The translations under genes were made by a program, and so were the position numbers. From a virus (Duplodnaviria > Caudoviricetes): 31,593 nucleotides of DNA. Where the stretch lies: the IMG/VR virus record IMGVR_UViG_3300005512_000200, positions 1 to 31,593 of that record. The stretch is one strand, 5' to 3'. Of this stretch, positions 27,547 to 31,593 are shown one piece after another. Every line of letters starts with the position of its first letter. Position 1 is the first letter of the stretch. The notes below the pieces were generated by a model, which had not been told where the DNA came from, ran no database searches, and saw nothing but the letters and a program-made list of their open reading frames with translations.

Positions 27547-27804
27547 TTAATTTTCTGTTGAGTGTAGGCCAAGAGTGCTAAGACCAATGATGTCAGTTGG
27601 CTTTGAATAGTAAACGCCAACGTCATCATCAATAACATCATCTGCAAATGCGTCTGCTGGCATTGATTCACTAGCTTTGCGGCACTGTTCTTTCATGCTT
27701 TCACGTTGTTGTCTGTCATAGCTTTCAATAGCTGCAGAGGTAGCGTGTCGAATGTACTCATACTTTTTGCCGTTGACATACTTGATGCTCTTAATCCCTT
27801 GCAT
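27547..27804 (-). CDS. Hypothetical early protein
   Basis: AAGGAG RBS; tightly packed in the operon. Confidence 0.7.
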   Translation of the reverse strand: MQGIKSIKYVNGKKYEYIRHATSAAIESYDRQQRESMKEQCRKASESMPADAFADDVIDDDVGVYYSKPTDIIGLSTLGLHSTEN

Positions 27805-28129
27805 CGATAAACTCCTTGCCTTTATCTGTTATCTTCCAGACGACTTCGTTTCTATTGCGTGAGTTCTTAACACGCTCGCCTGAGTCTTCAACCATTCCAA
27901 TGCGTACAAGCTCAGTGATCCTTGGCTTGACAGAGTAAAGCCATTCGCCTGTATTGTTTGATACTTGCTCACCAGTAAAGCCAAACCTGTAGGCTTTGTA
28001 AAGCTCTTGTAGTACAGCGAGCCGCAGCCCAGTGACGCGAGGCGCAATAGACTCAGCGGCTGCTACCTCTGTGTCTACTGCGTTTTTGTGGTGCATTGTG
28101 TTTACTTGCACATCAAATAAATCTTGCAT
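27791..28129 (-). CDS. Winged-HTH DNA-binding protein
   Basis: G.T.EQV......SVKPRITELVR.G.V.DSGER.....R..VVW pattern. Confidence 0.8.
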   Translation of the reverse strand: MQDLFDVQVNTMHHKNAVDTEVAAAESIAPRVTGLRLAVLQELYKAYRFGFTGEQVSNNTGEWLYSVKPRITELVRIGMVEDSGERVKNSRNRNEVVWKITDKGKEFIDARD

Positions 28130-28320
28130 TATCCCCAGTCCTTTCTATCTTCCTCATTATTGTAGCCGCGTGTGTAGTCTACAATCTCTTGAGGTGTGAG
28201 AGATTCTATTGTTACTCGCTTGCCATCTGCAAATTTATGAGGATTCCAAGGGCGATGATAGTATGCATCTGCCGAACCTCTGTCCTCTGCTGTGTCTGCC
28301 TTAGTATGGGATTGAGTCAT
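28129..28320 (-). CDS. Hypothetical early protein (DRGSADAYY.R..PH...Y..GY type)
   Basis: GGAGG RBS before ATG 28320; its stop overlaps the next ATG. Confidence 0.75.
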   Translation of the reverse strand: MTQSHTKADTAEDRGSADAYYHRPWNPHKFADGKRVTIESLTPQEIVDYTRGYNNEEDRKDWG

Positions 28321-28507
28321 CGATATCCTCCGGTGGGTGTGCATCTTCCCAAGCTTGAGTTGCAACCTTGATAAATTTATCCCGATTGAATTTAGGATTG
28401 GTTGCAGCTAATTCATCTGCCAGTGTGAGAATGTATGTAGGCCAAGGATATGTTGGCGCAATATTCCTAGCGATAAATTCAAAGTGACGCTGTTGCATGA
28501 GTGCCAT
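28301..28507 (-). CDS. Hypothetical early protein (RHFEFIA...NPKFNRDKF type)
   Basis: GGAG RBS; motif common in small phage early proteins; acidic DDSIPY tail. Confidence 0.75.
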   Translation of the reverse strand: MALMQQRHFEFIARNIAPTYPWPTYILTLADELAATNPKFNRDKFIKVATQAWEDAHPPEDIDDSIPY

Positions 28508-28508
28508 A

Positions 28509-28688
28509 TTAAACTCCCCTCATAAGTGTTGACCAAGCAGCAGAGACATGATCCTCTGCTGCTGGATTTTGATAGATGTAATCTTTAATTACTAACTCGA
28601 TTGTCGAGACAGCTTTCACCCAATCCATATCTATTTGTGGCTTGGCTGTTTCGCTGTCGAACTCAAATACATTGATGCCATTGCTCAT
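28509..28688 (-). CDS. Hypothetical early protein
   Basis: AAGGAG RBS; TGATG coupling with the upstream gene. Confidence 0.65.
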   Translation of the reverse strand: MSNGINVFEFDSETAKPQIDMDWVKAVSTIELVIKDYIYQNPAAEDHVSAAWSTLMRGV

Positions 28689-28897
28689 CACTTGATCTCC
28701 TTGAGTGGTCTGTAGTTAGAGTCTTCGGTTGCATCACGTTCAAGCACCTCGTCATAGGTGTCTCTGACTTTATCCAATGCCCACTTAGCTTGCTGGATTG
28801 TAGACTTGAACTCTGATCCCTCATCGTGAGCGCGATCATAGATTGCATTAACTAGGCGTGATGCTTCTGTTACTTGATTGATGAATGAGATTTTCAT
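28688..28897 (-). CDS. Hypothetical early protein
   Basis: GGAGAACCAA-ATG places the start at 28897 (MKISFINQV). Confidence 0.7.
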   Translation of the reverse strand: MKISFINQVTEASRLVNAIYDRAHDEGSEFKSTIQQAKWALDKVRDTYDEVLERDATEDSNYRPLKEIK

Positions 28898-28908
28898 TTG
28901 GTTCTCCA

Positions 28909-29133
28909 TTATTCGTTGATGCCAATGATAAATGTTTTACCGTATGGCGTGGTTTCAGTTTCAATTTCTACTCGTTTGCCTTCCCAACCACCGGATACTT
29001 TGTAGGCATCAGATATGTTTGCCTTAGTGCGAAGGATAAGACCTCCATCAAAGACAAACTTAAATGCTGGGTTGCCAGCGTAAGAGTTTTTTAATCTCTC
29101 AATGCGTTTGATTGTGTGTGTTGATTTGGTCAT
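28909..29133 (-). CDS. Hypothetical early protein
   Basis: AAGGAGAACCAG-ATG; RLKNSYAGNPAF motif. Confidence 0.75.
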   Translation of the reverse strand: MTKSTHTIKRIERLKNSYAGNPAFKFVFDGGLILRTKANISDAYKVSGGWEGKRVEIETETTPYGKTFIIGINE

Positions 29134-29155
29134 CTGGTTCTCCTTTGATGATGGA

Positions 29156-29308
29156 TTAGCGGCGCAATACTACGCCAGAGAGCATCACAAATGATGCAAA
29201 GAATAGTAGTGAGACATGAATCCAAATTGCTGATCCAGTCTGTGGATCCAATGCAGATGCAAGCATCAGTAACATGAACCCAATTCCTAGAAGTAAATTG
29301 CTAATCAT
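29156..29308 (-). CDS. Small two-TM membrane protein (50 aa; not in ORF track)
   Basis: AAGGAGG RBS; MISNLLLGIGFMLLMLASALDPQTGSAIWIHVSLLFFASFVMLSGVVLRR. Confidence 0.75.
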   Translation of the reverse strand: MISNLLLGIGFMLLMLASALDPQTGSAIWIHVSLLFFASFVMLSGVVLRR

Positions 29309-29320
29309 TTTGTCCTCCTT

Positions 29321-29336
29321 ACTGCAATGATGCAGT
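29321..29336. promoter_or_regulatory. Operator palindrome at head of early operon
   Basis: Perfect ACTGCA-ATGA-TGCAGT abutting the RBS. It overlaps a candidate TTGCAA-17-CATCAT minus-strand promoter. Confidence 0.7.
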
Positions 29337-29460
29337 GATTGAATTTTAATTGCAAGTAATTTTTGCTTGCCAATAAATAGAAACTTGGCGGCACAATACT
29401 TACTCTGTGTGCGGAACCCAGCCGAAGGCTGGGCGGTGCTTGGGGGTAACAGCGAGCAAG

Positions 29461-29491
29461 AAAAAAGCCCCGCAGCCGAAGCTGCGAGGCT
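29461..29491 (-). terminator. Strong intrinsic terminator
   Basis: The minus strand reads AGCCTCGCAGC-TTCG-GCTGCGGGGCT-TTTTT, about 11 nt after the stop at 29503. Confidence 0.88.
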
Positions 29492-29502
29492 CGTTGTTAA
29501 GG

Positions 29503-30033
29503 TTAGGCAACTCCCTTCAGCAAGTTCGCTGCGGTAGGCTTTATGCGCTTCTGCGTATTGGATACCGAGCCGCTGAACAACTTCTCACGTGTGTCGTAGA
29601 AGTCGGCTGCTCCTGTCCAAACTCTGTGCGCTAGGATCTCGAACAGAAGCTGTGTAGATGTGGCCTGATGCTCGAAGATCGCCTCGAGAGCTTGCGACTT
29701 CGCAAGTCTCGCGTCGATTCGCGTTGTCTCTGCGAGTTCGCCGTTGCGGCGAACCTCGTCATCGCGCTGAACTTCGAGCTTCTTCTGCCAGTCGCGCTGT
29801 CCTTGGGCTGCTTTCTCGAATGTCGCAGCGGCTGCTCCATATGCGAGAAAGATATCCCGATTGTAGTATGGGTTGTCAGCAAAGGACACTGGATTCTGAT
29901 CCTCGCTTCGAGGATCAAGGCCATCTGCAAGATGGCCTTCCAACATCGTGATGTTGGAGATCAGTGTCTGGTTTACTTCCTCCATGTTGATAGTTACTTC
30001 ATGCTTACGGATTACATTTACTTTCTTAGTCAT
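29503..30033 (-). CDS. Stand-alone helical hypothetical protein (first early gene)
   Basis: AGAGGA RBS, own terminator, visibly GC-richer than neighbours; no family recognised. Confidence 0.8.
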   Translation of the reverse strand: MTKKVNVIRKHEVTINMEEVNQTLISNITMLEGHLADGLDPRSEDQNPVSFADNPYYNRDIFLAYGAAAATFEKAAQGQRDWQKKLEVQRDDEVRRNGELAETTRIDARLAKSQALEAIFEHQATSTQLLFEILAHRVWTGAADFYDTREKLFSGSVSNTQKRIKPTAANLLKGVA

Positions 30034-30064
30034 AGTTCAGTTCCTCTTCTTGTATTTAGGTTAT

Positions 30065-30600
30065 ACACATACACACAGTGTGCATGATATGGCTGACGCA
30101 CTCGGACTGACTCGCATCAGTCAAGTCGCTTGTTCCTAATTGCTCGGGTGCTAGATTCGCGGAAGGAGCCGATTTGCAAAGCAAATTGGAAGGAACCGCT
30201 AATCTAGTTTGACCCTCGCTGCTCAGGTGCGACTTTACTGATCGAGGCTGAGCCGAGTCATCATTCCATGATAAGATGCAAACTCGTGTGTGTGTGTCTC
30301 ACTGTGTGCGTAGACATGACATGCAGGCTTGTCCTGCGATGTGCGGCCTAGCACATATAACGGACTGATCCGCCCCTTCGAGCGAAGTTTACGAGTGAGG
30401 GGGGCATTAGGGATCAGATGTCCAGTTATCGCAACTATATGTCTGAGTGACATATTCTGTACGATATGAATAGGCTCGATCAGGCATGGTTCCACTAGCA
30501 AGCTGGCGTGCTCGGCTGGGCATCGTATTGCCAGTCCAAGCTTTGCTTGGCTTTGGCAAACGATGGGCGACACGCTTGCTAGTGCGGTTCTGCCTGATCT
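30065..30600 (+). ncRNA. Candidate large structured RNA or ssDNA element (two rods plus four hairpins)
   Basis: Nested complementary segments span 30065-30297 and 30478-30599, with hairpins in between. G-U pairs favour the + strand. Identity unknown. Confidence 0.5.
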
Positions 30601-30614
30601 AGCTGGTGTGTGAT

Positions 30615-30651
30615 TTGTGAGTTGACAAGAGGGTGTGAAAGCAGTGATATT
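30615..30651 (+). promoter_or_regulatory. Putative late promoter for terS
   Basis: TTGTGAG-TTGACA (30622-30627), then GATATT 18 bp downstream. Confidence 0.6.
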
Positions 30652-30688
30652 TGGGGGGGAACACAAGGGGGGGCAAGAGAGATTGAGC

Positions 30689-31060
30689 ATGACTGATGTA
30701 TTGAAGGTGACTGAGAAACAGATGGCTTTGGTGGATACGCTTGTAGCAGAAGGATGTAGCATCACTGAAGCTGCGCGCAAAGCAGGATACTCAGAAGGGA
30801 AAAGCGGAAGAGTCACAGCCAGCCGTGCTTTGCGCTTGCCACATGTGCAGTCGTACATGATGACAAGAGTGGGAGAGGTGTTAGGGCTGAACGCTACCAC
30901 TGCTGCAGCTAAGCTTGTTGGGCTTGCCAAGGGAGCCAAGAGTGAGTACGTGCAGCTAGAAGCGAGCAAGGATATCTTGGACAGAGCTGGCTTCAAGGCT
31001 CCCGACAAGCACATGCATCTACATGCAGGAGAGATATCTGTGAAGATTGACTTGAGTTAA
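30689..31060 (+). CDS. terS: Terminase small subunit
   Basis: TEKQMALV...SITEAARKAGYS....ASRALRLPHVQ HTH, and SEYVQLEASKDILDRAG. Confidence 0.88.
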   Translation: MTDVLKVTEKQMALVDTLVAEGCSITEAARKAGYSEGKSGRVTASRALRLPHVQSYMMTRVGEVLGLNATTAAAKLVGLAKGAKSEYVQLEASKDILDRAGFKAPDKHMHLHAGEISVKIDLS

Positions 31061-31336
31061 GCAGTGTAAACTGCGCGAAGCAGAGCTTCGCAAGTATCAG
31101 TGGCAATGTAGCTGATCCTAGATCAAGACTACATTGCGCGGTTTTTACAGGGAAGCGTTTCCTGATATAGTGGTGGGGGGGTCAAAAAAGTGCGTTGCGA
31201 TGTTGCGAAGGGATGGGTTACAAACATTATTGGCAAAAAGGTTCGATGACCAGACACGGCGACATGGCTGCAATCTATTCCCTCTAGTCCTTGCGCCTGT
31301 CGCCACCTTGAAAATTTTTTAAGAAGGAAAAGTAAA

Positions 31337-31593
31337 ATGGATATAGTAACCAAGGACATCACTGCAGAGAATACGTTCAGTGACATGATTAATGTTATGG
31401 GTAACTTTGATCTAAGCATTGCTGGCACGTTTGTTGCCACAGTTACAGTGCAGCGCAGCTTTGATGCTGGCTCTACTTGGGCTGACGTAGATGACTTTAC
31501 TGCACCTATTGAGACTGCTGGCTTTGATCCTGTTAGTTGCAACTATCGTGTTGGTGTTAAGACTGGCAACTTTACTAGCGGTACAGTGACTGT
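31337..31593 (+). CDS. Hypothetical beta-rich, probably structural protein (3'-truncated; not in ORF track)
   Basis: AAGGA RBS; MDIVTKDITAENTFSD...GTFVATVTVQRSFDAGSTWADV...YRVGVK..FTSGTVT, open to the window end. Confidence 0.75.
   Translation, partial: MDIVTKDITAENTFSDMINVMGNFDLSIAGTFVATVTVQRSFDAGSTWADVDDFTAPIETAGFDPVSCNYRVGVKTGNFTSGTVT

Noticed and set aside
29417-29433. N4-type virion RNAP hairpin promoter
   Set aside because: Flanking sequence does not match the N4 layout, and no virion RNAP-sized gene or polymerase motif is present.
29631-30139. Several alternative-frame ORFs over 29503-30033
   Set aside because: Expected from local high GC; only the 176-aa frame has both an RBS and a terminator.
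30090-30265. Hammerhead ribozyme or C/D-box kink-turn in rod 1 (several CTGA; ATGATGA on the minus strand)
   Set aside because: No CUGANGA plus GAAA core in the right geometry, and the C-box-like and D-box-like words lie on opposite strands.
30235-31014. 259-aa minus-strand ORF
   Set aside because: It is the antisense shadow of terS running into the structured region, with no RBS or recognisable motif.
31129-31542. 137-aa minus-strand ORF
   Set aside because: Antisense to the better-supported + strand gene starting at 31337.
1-31593. tRNA genes, integrase/att site, auxiliary metabolic genes, alternative genetic code
   Set aside because: None recognised. Genes tile densely under the standard code and all three stop codons are used.

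Overview
This window is most of the genome of a short-tailed (podovirus-type) dsDNA phage, probably about 35 kb and circularly permuted: it starts inside terL and ends just after terS. The + strand (1-23653) carries a T7-supergroup/BPP-1/HTVC010P-like virion module: terminase, portal, scaffold, MCP, tail tubes A/B, three ejection proteins and two beta-helix tailspikes. A lysis region with an M15A endolysin and an HTH-metallophosphoesterase follows. The - strand (23607-30033) carries a lambdoid-style early module: small early genes, Cro/XRE HTH proteins, Hjc-like resolvase, an HTH/DnaT-like initiator with internal iterons, YqaJ exonuclease, a Sak-like annealase and an SSB. No DNA polymerase, RNA polymerase or integrase was recognised. 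A marine alphaproteobacterial host is an inference from gene style. The most striking unexplained signal is a densely base-paired non-coding region of about 540 nt (30065-30600) between the divergent early and late arms. It holds two long rod-like hairpins whose internal loops carry the same sequence on both arms. Other recurrent motifs are a CTGCA-N4-TGCAG operator (3 copies), a TTGTGMGTTG late-promoter box (4 copies), an extended AAGGAGAACC ribosome-binding motif (6 copies), two probable leaderless genes and a structured capsid-mRNA leader. All calls are by-eye motif recognition; no searches or folding programs were run.
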